A stretch of DNA of 64,000 nt, taken from contig JBAZSC010000001.1 of NCBI GenBank assembly GCA_041662665.1, positions 385,511 through 449,510 on the forward strand. The letters are read 5' to 3'. Each line of letters begins with the position of its first letter. Position 1 is the stretch's first letter. Both the position numbers and the translations under genes were made by a program. This DNA comes from Patescibacteria group bacterium (lineage in GTDB: Bacteria; Patescibacteriota; JABMPQ01; JAQVVF01). The notes beneath the pieces were generated by a model. The model had not been told where the DNA came from and ran no database searches. It was given only the letters and a program-made list of their open reading frames with translations. This document shows positions 36,638 through 46,403 of this stretch, one piece after another.

Positions 36638-38137
36638 ATGGCTAATAGCGATATTTCGAATTTTGCAACTACCAATTACCGCAATAAAAAAGTAGTTTTC
36701 GGTATAAAAAGAGATGACAGAAGAAGGCACATGTATGTTATTGGAAAAACAGGTATGGGCAAAACAAACCTTATGGAAAATATGGCGATTTCTGATATTC
36801 ATGCCGGAAATGGACTTTGTGTTGTTGATCCTCATGGTGAATTCGCTGAAAAAATGCTCGATTTTGTTCCTGCAAATCGTATTAATGATGTTATTTATTT
36901 TAATCCTGGAGACATGGATTTCCCAATTGCATTTAACGTGATGGAAAATGTTAATCCTGCATACAAACATTTGATCTCTTCAGGACTTATCGGTGTTTTC
37001 AAAAAAATCTGGGCAGATTCTTGGGGCCCTCGTCTTGAATATGTTTTAAGAAATTCTATTCTAGCTTTGCTTGACTATCCAGGTTCAACAATGTTAGGCA
37101 TTATGAGAATCTTAGTTGACAAAGAGTATCGTAAAAAAGTTATTGAAAAAATTCAAGATCCAGTTGTCAAACAATTCTGGGTTGAAGAATATTCAAAATA
37201 TCCTGACAAATTTCAAGCAGAAGCAATCGCTCCTATTCAAAACAAAGTTGGACAATTCTTATCCATTTCTTTAATTAGAAATATTGTTGGCCAATCAAAA
37301 TCAACAATAGATATGCGTGAAGTAATGGATAACAAAAAAATTCTAATTCTTAATTTAGCAAAAGGCCGAGTTGGTGAAGATGCCTCAGCCTTATTTGGTG
37401 CAGTTATTATTACTAAGATTCAATTAGCTGCAATGTCGCGCGTTGATATTCCAGAAGAGGAAAGAGCAGACTTTTATCTCTATGTCGATGAGTTTCAAAA
37501 TTTCGCAACTGAATCTTTTGCTGATATTCTGTCAGAAGCTAGAAAGTACCATCTTAATTTAATTATTGGCCATCAATACATTGGTCAGCTAGAAACTGGC
37601 GGTTCTACAAAAGTCCGAGATGCTGTTTTTGGCAATGTCGGAACAATCGCTTGTTTCAGAGTTGGAGCAGCTGATGCAGAATTCTTAGTCAGCGAATTTG
37701 AGCCAATATTTACAGAAATTGATTTAGTTAATTTAACCAAATATAATATTTATTTGAAATTGATGATTGATGGTATTGCTTCTCAAGCTTTTAGCGCTAC
37801 AACTCTTCCTCCTTCCAAAAAAATCGAGGGACATAAAGAAAAAATCATCAAAGTTTCTCGCGAACGTTATGCGCAACAAAGAGAAATTGTCGAAGATAGA
37901 ATTTCAAAATGGTCAGAAACAATTGTCAGAGATGAAGCAACAATGCCACAAGCCAGATATTTTCCAAAGAAAAGAACTGAAAGTTCAGAGCAACAACAAA
38001 TACATCAGCCATTTAAAAAAGCATTTAGCGAAATTTTGAAGGGTAAATTACAGGTAGAAGAAAAAAAACCGCAAGAAAAACCGCAAGAAAAACCAAGAGA
38101 AACATTAAAGCCAGGACAAGTAATCAAAATGGATTAA
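36638..38137 (+). CDS. VirD4/TraG/HerA-like P-loop ATPase (DUF87 type)
   Basis: DRRRHMYVIGKTGMGKT Walker A, DPHGE, LYVDEFQNF Walker B, SEARKY. Confidence 0.85.
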   Translation: MANSDISNFATTNYRNKKVVFGIKRDDRRRHMYVIGKTGMGKTNLMENMAISDIHAGNGLCVVDPHGEFAEKMLDFVPANRINDVIYFNPGDMDFPIAFNVMENVNPAYKHLISSGLIGVFKKIWADSWGPRLEYVLRNSILALLDYPGSTMLGIMRILVDKEYRKKVIEKIQDPVVKQFWVEEYSKYPDKFQAEAIAPIQNKVGQFLSISLIRNIVGQSKSTIDMREVMDNKKILILNLAKGRVGEDASALFGAVIITKIQLAAMSRVDIPEEERADFYLYVDEFQNFATESFADILSEARKYHLNLIIGHQYIGQLETGGSTKVRDAVFGNVGTIACFRVGAADAEFLVSEFEPIFTEIDLVNLTKYNIYLKLMIDGIASQAFSATTLPPSKKIEGHKEKIIKVSRERYAQQREIVEDRISKWSETIVRDEATMPQARYFPKKRTESSEQQQIHQPFKKAFSEILKGKLQVEEKKPQEKPQEKPRETLKPGQVIKMD

Positions 38138-38211
38138 TATATATTTTTAGCCAGGAAATTTCCTGGCTTTTTGTATTTACAAAAAATCAAAAAAAATATA
38201 TAATATCGCGT

Positions 38212-39342
38212 ATGCAAAAACATGTCATTTGCGCCATGTCTGGCGGAGTAGATAGCAGTGTCGCAGCTGCTTTACTTAAAAAACAAGGTTATAAAGTAAC
38301 CGGTGTTTTTATGCGCTTTTGGCATGAAAAGAATAATAAAACTTGCGCAACGAATAGATGCTGTTCTCAAGACTCATTTGATTCTGCAAGACTCGTTTGC
38401 CAGAAATTAGGTATTAAATTATATTCTTTAAATTGCGAAAAAGAATTCAAAAAATATGTTGTTGATTATTTTTTAGATTCTTTCAAAAAAGGTTTAACAC
38501 CAAATCCATGCATTGCTTGCAATAAATATATAAAATTCGGATTTTTTTTTAGAAAACTTCTCGAGTTTGACGCTGATTATCTTGCTACAGGACATTATGT
38601 TAAAGTCAAAAGTCAAAAGTCAAAAATTAAAAGTAACAATTCAAAAGTAAAAAATAAATTAAAAATTAAAAATAACTATCTGCTACTTACTGCTAAAGAT
38701 AAAAACAAAGATCAATCATATTTTTTGTATAATTTAAATCAAAAAAAGTTAGCCAAGATTTTATTTCCAATCGGAAATTACTTAAAGCCTGAAGTTAGAA
38801 AATTAGCCAAAAAATTTAATTTGCCAACAGCCGAGAAAAAAGAATCACAAGAAATTTGTTTTATTAAAGAAAAAAATTATCATGATTTTTTAAAAAGAAA
38901 CTTAAAAAAAATTAAGCCTGGAAAAATTAAAACAGTTAGCGGGCAAACAATAGGCGAACATCAAGGCTTATGTTTTTATACTTTAGGTCAGCGAAAGGGA
39001 ATAGGATTGGGTTTAGAAAAAACTTTTTATGTCGCCAAACTCGATTTTAAGCACAATATTTTAGTTGTCACAGATAATCCAAAAGACAAGCTATTATTTA
39101 GTAAAAATATTAAATTAAAAAATTTAAATTTAATAGGGGAAAGACCGTCTCTCCCCTATTCTTGTCAAATAAAAATTCGATCACATGCCTCGCCTGTTTT
39201 AGGAAAAATAATTAAAATAAATAAAAATGAAGCCCATATTTCCCTATCTTCTCCTGCACGTGCAGTTATGCCTGGACAATCAGCAGTAATTTATAATAAA
39301 GAGGTTTTAATTGGAGGAGGCGTTATTGCAAAAACAGAGTAG
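38212..39342 (+). CDS. mnmA: tRNA 2-thiouridylase MnmA with a repeat-derived insertion
   Basis: AMSGGVDSSV, TPNPCIACN, ATGHY, KDQSYFL, ESQEICF, PGQSAV. Confidence 0.96.
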   Translation: MQKHVICAMSGGVDSSVAAALLKKQGYKVTGVFMRFWHEKNNKTCATNRCCSQDSFDSARLVCQKLGIKLYSLNCEKEFKKYVVDYFLDSFKKGLTPNPCIACNKYIKFGFFFRKLLEFDADYLATGHYVKVKSQKSKIKSNNSKVKNKLKIKNNYLLLTAKDKNKDQSYFLYNLNQKKLAKILFPIGNYLKPEVRKLAKKFNLPTAEKKESQEICFIKEKNYHDFLKRNLKKIKPGKIKTVSGQTIGEHQGLCFYTLGQRKGIGLGLEKTFYVAKLDFKHNILVVTDNPKDKLLFSKNIKLKNLNLIGERPSLPYSCQIKIRSHASPVLGKIIKINKNEAHISLSSPARAVMPGQSAVIYNKEVLIGGGVIAKTE

Positions 39343-39351
39343 CTATTGTAA

Positions 39352-39417
39352 AATAGTAATTAGTAACTAGTAATTTGTTAATTCGTTTCTAGTTACTAAT
39401 TACGAATTACTAATTAC
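39352..39417. repeat. Heptamer inverted-arm hairpin (TAGTAAT / ATTACTA)
   Basis: tagtaattagtaactagtaatttg ... ctagttactaattacgaattactaattac. Confidence 0.85.
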
Positions 39418-39422
39418 AACAT

Positions 39423-39629
39423 ATGTCCGATTTTTCCGATCCAAAACGTCAATTGCAATCAAAAATAGACGATCTTCACGATGACATTGACGAGCGAGAA
39501 AAAGAGCTTAAAGAAATTGATTTGCAATTAAAAGATTTATCAAGAAGAAAAGAACTTTTAGAAGCCGAACTAGAAGAACTTTATGCTACGGAAAAAAGAT
39601 TGCAACAAGAAATCAGCCGGCCGGAATAA
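39423..39629 (+). CDS. Small coiled-coil protein
   Basis: 68 aa with a heptad Leu pattern. Confidence 0.6.
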   Translation: MSDFSDPKRQLQSKIDDLHDDIDEREKELKEIDLQLKDLSRRKELLEAELEELYATEKRLQQEISRPE

Positions 39630-39632
39630 AAA

Positions 39633-39731
39633 AAATCACAAATCCCAAATTCCAAACAAAATCCAAATTACAAAGTCGACGATTTGTTGTTTGTGGTTTG
39701 TAATTTGTTTGCGATTTGGAATTTGTAATTT
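39633..39731. repeat. Heptamer inverted-arm hairpin (CAAATNN / NNATTTG)
   Basis: aaatcacaaatcccaaattccaaacaaaatccaaattacaa ... tttgtaatttgtttgcgatttggaatttgtaattt. Confidence 0.9.
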
Positions 39732-39742
39732 TAATTTCACGT

Positions 39743-41554
39743 ATGACATCTCAAGACCTAATCAACAAATACCTAGCTTTTTTCAAAAGCAAAGGCCATC
39801 AAATCATACCAGGCGCATCGCTGATTCCAGAACATGATCCATCTGTTTTATTTACAACTGCTGGAATGCATCCATTAGTTCCTTTTTTGTTAGGCGAAAA
39901 ACATCCGCAAGGAAAAAGATTAACAGATCTTCAGAGATGTTTAAGAACTGTTGATATTGATAATGTCGGTGACAACTGGCACTCAACTTTTTTTGAAATG
40001 CTTGGAAATTGGTCTTTGGGCGATTATTTTAAAGAAGACGCAATCAAGTTTGCCTACGAATTTTTAACAAGCAAAGAATACTTAAATATTTATCCTGGTA
40101 AATTATCAGTTACAGTTTTTGCTGGCGATAATGATGCGAAAAAAGACGAAGAAGCGATAAAAACTTGGCAAAATTTAGGCATTCCAAATGATAGAATTTA
40201 TCCGCTTCCAAAAGAAGATAATTGGTGGGGACCAGCAGGTGAAGTTGGTCCATGCGGACCTGATACCGAAATTTTTTATGATACAGACAAAGAAAAATGT
40301 TGTGATGATTGCAAGCCAGGCTGTGGTTGTGGAAAATATGTTGAAATCTGGAACTTAGTTTTTATGAGCTATAACAAAACAAAAGATGGAAAATTCTTGC
40401 CATTAGCCCAAAAAAATATTGATACTGGCATGGGTGTTGATAGAACTTTAGCTGTACTTCATACTTTTGATAATTCTTATCAAACAGAATTATTCAAGCC
40501 AGTTATGGATTTATTGGAAGATAAATTATCTGGCCATTCTCAAGATTTTAACAATGTTACAAAAGACCCAATTAAATCAAAAAGAATAATTGCTGATCAT
40601 ATTAGAGCTTCTGTATTTTTATTGATGGATGGAGTTACTCCTTCAAATCTTGATCAAGGCTATATTTTGCGCCGATTAATTAGACGCGCAGTCCGTCATG
40701 CCAAATTATTAGAAATTAAAAAAGAAGAAAAAGTAAATCAGCAAATTGCTAATTTATTTATAAATATTTATAAAGCCAGATACCCAAAATTATTAGAGCA
40801 AAAAGATTTTATTATAAAAGAATTGCAAGATGAAGAAGATAGATTTGAAATTTCTTTAGCAAAAGGTTTAAAAGTTTTTGAAAAAATAACGTCATGTAGA
40901 GACGATGCACCGCATCGTCTCCGAGACAAAAAGATTAGAGGTCTTGATGCATTTCATCTTTATGACACTTATGGCTTTCCAATTGAAATGACCAAAGAAT
41001 TAGCCAAGGAAAAAGGATTTAGTGTCGACGAAAAAGAATTCGGTTTAGAATTTGTAAAACATCAAGCATTATCAAGAAAAGGTGCAGAGAAAAAATTTAA
41101 AGGAGGCCTAGCTGACCATTCAGAAATAACAACAAGACTCCACACTGCAACTCATCTCTTGCATCAAGCATTACGCCAAGTGTTAGGCGAACAAGTTCAA
41201 CAAAAAGGCAGTAACATTAATCCAGAACGTTTGCGCTTTGATTTTAATTATGATCAGAAAATGACGCCTGAACAATTGCAACAAGTTGAAAAAATAGTTA
41301 ATGATCAAATTAAAAAAGGTTTAGAAATTAAAATGGAAGAAATGTCTGTTGACGAAGCAAAGTCAAAAGGCGCAATTGGTTTATTTACAGAAAAATACGG
41401 TGATAAAGTAAAAGTTTATTCTATAGGCGATTTTTCCAAAGAAATCTGTGGCGGTCCTCATGCAAAAAACACAAAAGAACTACATCATTTTAAAATAAAA
41501 AAAGAAGAATCAAGTTCTGCTGGAGTTAGAAGAATCAAAGCAATTTTAGATTAA
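39743..41554 (+). CDS. alaS: Alanine--tRNA ligase (short form lacking the C-Ala domain)
   Basis: LFTTAGM, FFEMLGNWS, IDTGMG, HTATHLL, EICGGPH, GVRRIKA. Confidence 0.96.
   Translation: MTSQDLINKYLAFFKSKGHQIIPGASLIPEHDPSVLFTTAGMHPLVPFLLGEKHPQGKRLTDLQRCLRTVDIDNVGDNWHSTFFEMLGNWSLGDYFKEDAIKFAYEFLTSKEYLNIYPGKLSVTVFAGDNDAKKDEEAIKTWQNLGIPNDRIYPLPKEDNWWGPAGEVGPCGPDTEIFYDTDKEKCCDDCKPGCGCGKYVEIWNLVFMSYNKTKDGKFLPLAQKNIDTGMGVDRTLAVLHTFDNSYQTELFKPVMDLLEDKLSGHSQDFNNVTKDPIKSKRIIADHIRASVFLLMDGVTPSNLDQGYILRRLIRRAVRHAKLLEIKKEEKVNQQIANLFINIYKARYPKLLEQKDFIIKELQDEEDRFEISLAKGLKVFEKITSCRDDAPHRLRDKKIRGLDAFHLYDTYGFPIEMTKELAKEKGFSVDEKEFGLEFVKHQALSRKGAEKKFKGGLADHSEITTRLHTATHLLHQALRQVLGEQVQQKGSNINPERLRFDFNYDQKMTPEQLQQVEKIVNDQIKKGLEIKMEEMSVDEAKSKGAIGLFTEKYGDKVKVYSIGDFSKEICGGPHAKNTKELHHFKIKKEESSSAGVRRIKAILD
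40896..40921 (+). repeat. GTAG REP-like hairpin in frame within alaS
   Basis: GTA-GAGACGATGC-ACC-GCATCGTCTC, read as CRDDAPHRL. Confidence 0.75.
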
Positions 41555-41576
41555 AAAAAGACTTGCTGAACAAGTC

Positions 41577-41984
41577 TCAAAGAACTTTTTTGTGAAGCTC
41601 AAAAACCTTTATACATGGTACAGACACTGGAGAACGTGACAATATAGCAAGACGAGAAAAACTAAAAATTTCACTCAAGAGATGATCATAAACATCACCG
41701 CTAGCAGGAATTTCTTGACGGATTTGTTCGGGGCTGCTATTTTCAACATACGAAATTTCCGTGCAGGAAAAACCATGTGAATTCGCGAACCAGTTCAAAA
41801 GCATTTCTGCATCAGCGAGAATTCCTACTCGCAACTCAAAACGAGAAGACTGTCTGTCAGGCCAATTAACCTGTTGTCGATCTTTATCCGTTAAAGTTAA
41901 TGCAGCAACAGAACAATTAATCGCAGATTTTACGTAAGGTAGAATAGTAATAATTACGAAGTCACCGTCTTGTAACTGCCTCAT
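41577..41984 (-). CDS. Orphan hypothetical protein (SD-cassette class)
   Basis: AAGGAGGGAGGAG-ATG; TTGACA-17-TATTCT upstream; AGACTTG/CAAGTCT hairpin at the 3' end. Confidence 0.7.
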   Translation of the reverse strand: MRQLQDGDFVIITILPYVKSAINCSVAALTLTDKDRQQVNWPDRQSSRFELRVGILADAEMLLNWFANSHGFSCTEISYVENSSPEQIRQEIPASGDVYDHLLSEIFSFSRLAILSRSPVSVPCIKVFELHKKVL

Positions 41985-42071
41985 CTCCTCCCTCCTTTTC
42001 TAGGGTGCGAGAATATTATCACTCAAATAAGAATAGAATATCAATGATAAATTGTCAATTCAATAACAATT

Positions 42072-42548
42072 ATGATAATTGAAAAACTTCAAGAAAAAAA
42101 TATTAAAGAATTTTGCGACTTGGCACAAAGAATAATTTTAGATTTGTCATATTATTCAGACATTGCAAAGAAAAATTATGCAAAAAGTTTTGAAGTTAAA
42201 GAGATACAAAATAAAATAAAAAACGAAAATAAATTATTTTTGAGTGCTAAAAATAATAACAAAATAGTTGGTTTTATGTACGGATTTTTTGATAATACCG
42301 GACTTTTTTGGATTGAATGGATTGGAATTAATGAAGAAAATAGACGCAAAGGAATTGGCAATGAGATTCTAAAATTTTTGATAAATTACTTAAAAGAATC
42401 AAAAAAAGTACACAAAATTGTTTGTGATATTAGAACTTCAAATTTGCCTTCACAAAAATTTTTTGCAAAAAATAAATTTAATAAAATTGCACTTCTAAAA
42501 AATTTTTGGCACAAAGAAGATTTTGAAATTTGGGAATTAACATTATAA
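42072..42548 (+). CDS. GNAT family acetyltransferase
   Basis: IVGF, RRKGIG acetyl-CoA motif, N.PSQKFF.K.KF. Confidence 0.85.
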   Translation: MIIEKLQEKNIKEFCDLAQRIILDLSYYSDIAKKNYAKSFEVKEIQNKIKNENKLFLSAKNNNKIVGFMYGFFDNTGLFWIEWIGINEENRRKGIGNEILKFLINYLKESKKVHKIVCDIRTSNLPSQKFFAKNKFNKIALLKNFWHKEDFEIWELTL

Positions 42549-42795
42549 TAAAAAAATATGTCAATTGATAGTGAGCCAACAGCTCCAAATCCAGAGCAAG
42601 AAGGATTAGCTCAACTGATCCGAATAATATTTTAAGAACAATCAAAGATGGTGCCAGAAGTCCTCTATATTGGTCAAGACATGTTGCAGAAGCGATGTAC
42701 GAAAAAGTAGCTGAAATTATATTAGAATAAATATTTAACATAAAAAATAAAACGTGTTATAATATTTTTGTTAAATAAAAATTTATATAAAACAA

Positions 42796-44889
42796 ATGAA
42801 AAAATTATTATGTCTTAGTGCGTTGATTTTTTGTCTTACCGCGTTTTTAGGTTTTAACCAAGCAAAAGCTTATACTTTTGACAACAGCGTGCAAGGGAAA
42901 GTTTTTTGGACAAGCATAACTTCGGGTGGTTCAGATAGCTATGGTAGAGCATTAGCATTAGACAGAGAACATTATCCACATATCTGTACCTACTCATCTG
43001 AATCAGGTACTCAATACCTTAGGCATTCTTATTGGAATGGAACAACATGGATAGTTGATACAGTTGATAGCTCCGCAACAGCAGATTTTGGAAAATATTG
43101 TTCTATTGCTGTCAATCAAAATACGGATGTTACACAAATAAGCTATTATTCTGGCACAGCTGGACATGTGCGTTATGCTACTAACGTTTCAGGTAGCTGG
43201 GTTGCAACAAATGTTGATACAACTGCTGATGATACTGGACTATATACTGCTATAGCTTTAGATACATTTGGCGATGCGCATATTTTGTATAGAAATGTCA
43301 CAGATACTGATTTAATGCATGCTACGAATGCAGGTGGCTCATGGACGACCGAAAAATTACCAAATGCAGGGGATAATATTGGTTTTTATAATGCTATTAC
43401 CATAGATTCATCAAACAAAATTGATATTGCTTACAGAGATAATACAGATAGCAAAGCTTATTATAATAACAAATCATACGGTGGAAATTGGAGTAATCCA
43501 GCCACAGAAGTAGGTTCAGCATCTGCTTCAGCAATTTCTATTTCAAAATCTTCAGACAATATCGTCAGAATTTTCTATGTTGCAGGAGGAGAAACGCTAG
43601 AAATGGCATCTCAAAATGGCGCGTCTTGGGATATAACAAATTTAGTTCTAAAATCAAGTACATCTGGCCTAGCAAACTCCTCTGGAATCTATGACAGCGC
43701 AACAGGGGCACATGCAGTCACGGTAGATGGCGTCGAATCCTTTACATATTATGTCAACTATCTTAGTCAATCTGGTATCGACGTGCTTAGTAATACAGCC
43801 GTTAATTCAACTGCAATTGACTTTTACAATGACAATGCATTTATAACATATGTGGGACAAACCTTTGTCCTCCTCGACTCCGTCAACCCCGACGTTTCAA
43901 GTTTTCAAGCCCTCCGCACAGGTTTGTCAGTTGCATACACTTTCACAACTCCTGACTATGCAGAAATGGGTGGCTCAAAATATTTTTGCATTGACGAGAC
44001 AAATACTTGCGATCCAGCAACAGGTACTGCAATTTCATCTGCTTCAACTTCAGGGACATATACTTTATCAGGCAATTCAGCAAATACTTTTTACATCAGA
44101 ATTAGTGATTGGGCTCAGAATCTAAGCGTCATTCCATACAATACAGATTCAACAGCTCCAGTTACAACAGCATCATTAGCTAATGGAACTTTCAATGATA
44201 CCAAGACTACAACATTAACAGCAACAGATTCTCAATCAGGAGTTTCAGCTACTTATTACACTTTAGATGGCACTGATCCAACAACATCTTCAGCAGTTTA
44301 TTCAGGTACAATTACAATTTCAACATCAAAAACTCTAAAATATTTTTCTGTGGATAATGTTGGAAATGCAGAAGCAGTAAAAACAAATACTTACACCATT
44401 ACGCGTTTAATCAAACAAGACAAAAAATTAAAAATTTCCAGTACTAAACAAGGCTTTACATATACTGGAGTCGGATTAAATTTATATTTTACAAGCTTAC
44501 CAGCAAAAGTTACCAAGAATAACAAGTATTGGTTAAAATGGCATAAATATAATAGTTATCCAACTAATTGGGCAAATGCCAGCAATAAGACTTTAAAAAG
44601 ATACTGGAAGTTAAATGATAATACTTCTAAATTGAAAACCAAATTCAAAATGAAAATTGCTTTCAAATACACAAGTAAATTATTAAAAGCTCTAAAAAAG
44701 AAAAATCCAGGCATTAAGAAAAAAGATCTTCGATTACAATATTTTGATTCAACAACAAACAGCTGGAAAAACATCGCCAATGCTTGGCCGAAAGCAAAGA
44801 TACTTGCCAAAACCAAAAAGAATATGATTACAGTCAAATATTTCAACAAGTTTCCTAAAAAAGAATTCTTATTTGCGATTGGATTGTAA
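42796..44889 (+). CDS. Secreted protein: beta-propeller-like repeats, Fn3-associated domain, basic C-terminal domain
   Basis: Signal peptide ..QAKA; HI.Y..L.HAT..GSW repeats; YYTLDGTDP. Confidence 0.8.
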   Translation: MKKLLCLSALIFCLTAFLGFNQAKAYTFDNSVQGKVFWTSITSGGSDSYGRALALDREHYPHICTYSSESGTQYLRHSYWNGTTWIVDTVDSSATADFGKYCSIAVNQNTDVTQISYYSGTAGHVRYATNVSGSWVATNVDTTADDTGLYTAIALDTFGDAHILYRNVTDTDLMHATNAGGSWTTEKLPNAGDNIGFYNAITIDSSNKIDIAYRDNTDSKAYYNNKSYGGNWSNPATEVGSASASAISISKSSDNIVRIFYVAGGETLEMASQNGASWDITNLVLKSSTSGLANSSGIYDSATGAHAVTVDGVESFTYYVNYLSQSGIDVLSNTAVNSTAIDFYNDNAFITYVGQTFVLLDSVNPDVSSFQALRTGLSVAYTFTTPDYAEMGGSKYFCIDETNTCDPATGTAISSASTSGTYTLSGNSANTFYIRISDWAQNLSVIPYNTDSTAPVTTASLANGTFNDTKTTTLTATDSQSGVSATYYTLDGTDPTTSSAVYSGTITISTSKTLKYFSVDNVGNAEAVKTNTYTITRLIKQDKKLKISSTKQGFTYTGVGLNLYFTSLPAKVTKNNKYWLKWHKYNSYPTNWANASNKTLKRYWKLNDNTSKLKTKFKMKIAFKYTSKLLKALKKKNPGIKKKDLRLQYFDSTTNSWKNIANAWPKAKILAKTKKNMITVKYFNKFPKKEFLFAIGL

Positions 44890-45059
44890 ATTTAAAGTAA
44901 GTTTTTTCACTTGTTAAAATATGTTATAATAGAACCATAGATATTATTTTATATGACATAATTTTTGAGTCTGGTGATTCGTCGATTCGCATATTCGTAG
45001 ATTAGCATTAATTTGCTTCTAAGGGCGCAAATTAATTTCGTATATTTGTATTATATTTT

Positions 45060-46325
45060 ATGGGATTTCTAGATAAATTCTTTCCACAAGAAAAACAAAA
45101 TGGTAATTATGCATTAGCTTTAGATATTGGCACCGATCTTGTCAAAGCTTTGATATTTGAAATAAAACCTGAAGAGCAAAGAGGTTATGTTATTGGTGTT
45201 GGCCGTCAAAAACAAAAACTTAGCGACATCCATGCTGGAGCAGTTACTGATATTCAAGGCGTTGTCAGATCAGCAGAAAAAGCAATTGAAACAGCAGAAA
45301 AAATGGCAGATGTAAAACCAGACCAAGTTATTCTTGGTATTGCTGGTGAATTAGTAAAAGGCATTACAACTAATGTCCATTATGAAAGAAAAAAACCAAA
45401 AGTAAAAATTGATTTTCCAGAATTAAAAAATATTTTGCAAAAAGTTCAGTGGCAAGCTTTCAACAAAGTCCGCAAACAACTTTCTTGGGAAACAGGCTTA
45501 GATGAAATAGACGTAAAATTAATTAATGCAGCAATAGTTGATGTCCGAATTGATGGTTATAGAATTGCCAATCCAATTGGTTTTCAAGGCAAGGATGTCA
45601 GTATTTCAATTTTTAATGCCTATGCTCCATTAGTGCATTTAGGAGCTCTAGAATCAATCTCAACAGATTTGGAAATGGATTTGTTATCAATAGCAGCAGA
45701 GCCATATGCAGTTGCTTCTTGCCAAGATCTTGAAGATTCAAAAGAATTTTCGGCAATCTTTATCGATATTGGTGGTGGAACAACTGATGTCGCAGTTGTC
45801 AAAAATGGCGTTTTAGAGGGCACAAAAATGTTTGGTCTAGGCGGAAGAGCTTTTACAAAAAGATTAGCCAATGAATTAAAAGTAAATTTTTCTGAAGCAG
45901 AAGAAACTAAACTAAAATATTCCAAGAATTTATTAAAACAAGATCTAGTAAAGCAAGTCAAAAAAGCTTTAGATTCAGATTGCCAAGTTTGGCTATCTGG
46001 CGTTGAATTAGCTTTATCAGAATTTGATAATATCGATCATTTACCATCAGAAATTTTATTATGCGGTGGTGGTAGCGCATTACTTGGTATTAAATCCGCT
46101 TTACAAAGTGAAGACTGGATCAAAAATCTGCCATTTACCAAAAAACCAAAAATAAATTTTCTAAAACCTGCTGATGTTACAAGTATTGTTGATAAAACTG
46201 GCTTATTAAAAAGCCAACAAGATGTGACCCCAATGGCTTTAGCAAATTTAGCCTTAGATTTAGCTGGAGAAGAAGAGCCTTTGCAAGGAATTTTACGCAA
46301 AGTTGTAAATATGATGCACACCTAA
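45060..46325 (+). CDS. FtsA-like actin-family ATPase
   Basis: ALDIGTDLVK, AEPYA, IDIGGGTTD, LCGGGS. Confidence 0.8.
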   Translation: MGFLDKFFPQEKQNGNYALALDIGTDLVKALIFEIKPEEQRGYVIGVGRQKQKLSDIHAGAVTDIQGVVRSAEKAIETAEKMADVKPDQVILGIAGELVKGITTNVHYERKKPKVKIDFPELKNILQKVQWQAFNKVRKQLSWETGLDEIDVKLINAAIVDVRIDGYRIANPIGFQGKDVSISIFNAYAPLVHLGALESISTDLEMDLLSIAAEPYAVASCQDLEDSKEFSAIFIDIGGGTTDVAVVKNGVLEGTKMFGLGGRAFTKRLANELKVNFSEAEETKLKYSKNLLKQDLVKQVKKALDSDCQVWLSGVELALSEFDNIDHLPSEILLCGGGSALLGIKSALQSEDWIKNLPFTKKPKINFLKPADVTSIVDKTGLLKSQQDVTPMALANLALDLAGEEEPLQGILRKVVNMMHT

Positions 46326-46326
46326 A

Positions 46327-46400
46327 AACATTTAACTATTAACACTTAACATTTAACGATTTTTAAAAAATGTTAATTGTTAAAAGTTAATTGTTAACTG
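46327..46400. repeat. Heptamer inverted-arm hairpin (TTAACNN / NNGTTAA)
   Basis: ttaactattaacacttaacatttaac ... tgttaattgttaaaagttaattgttaac. Confidence 0.85.
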
Positions 46401-46403
46401 TCT

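Noticed and set aside
39583-39837. 84-aa ORF and the N-terminal extension of alaS from 39716
   Set aside because: Translation of the heptamer hairpin (KSQIPNK...FGICNF); AlaRS homology starts at ATG 39743.
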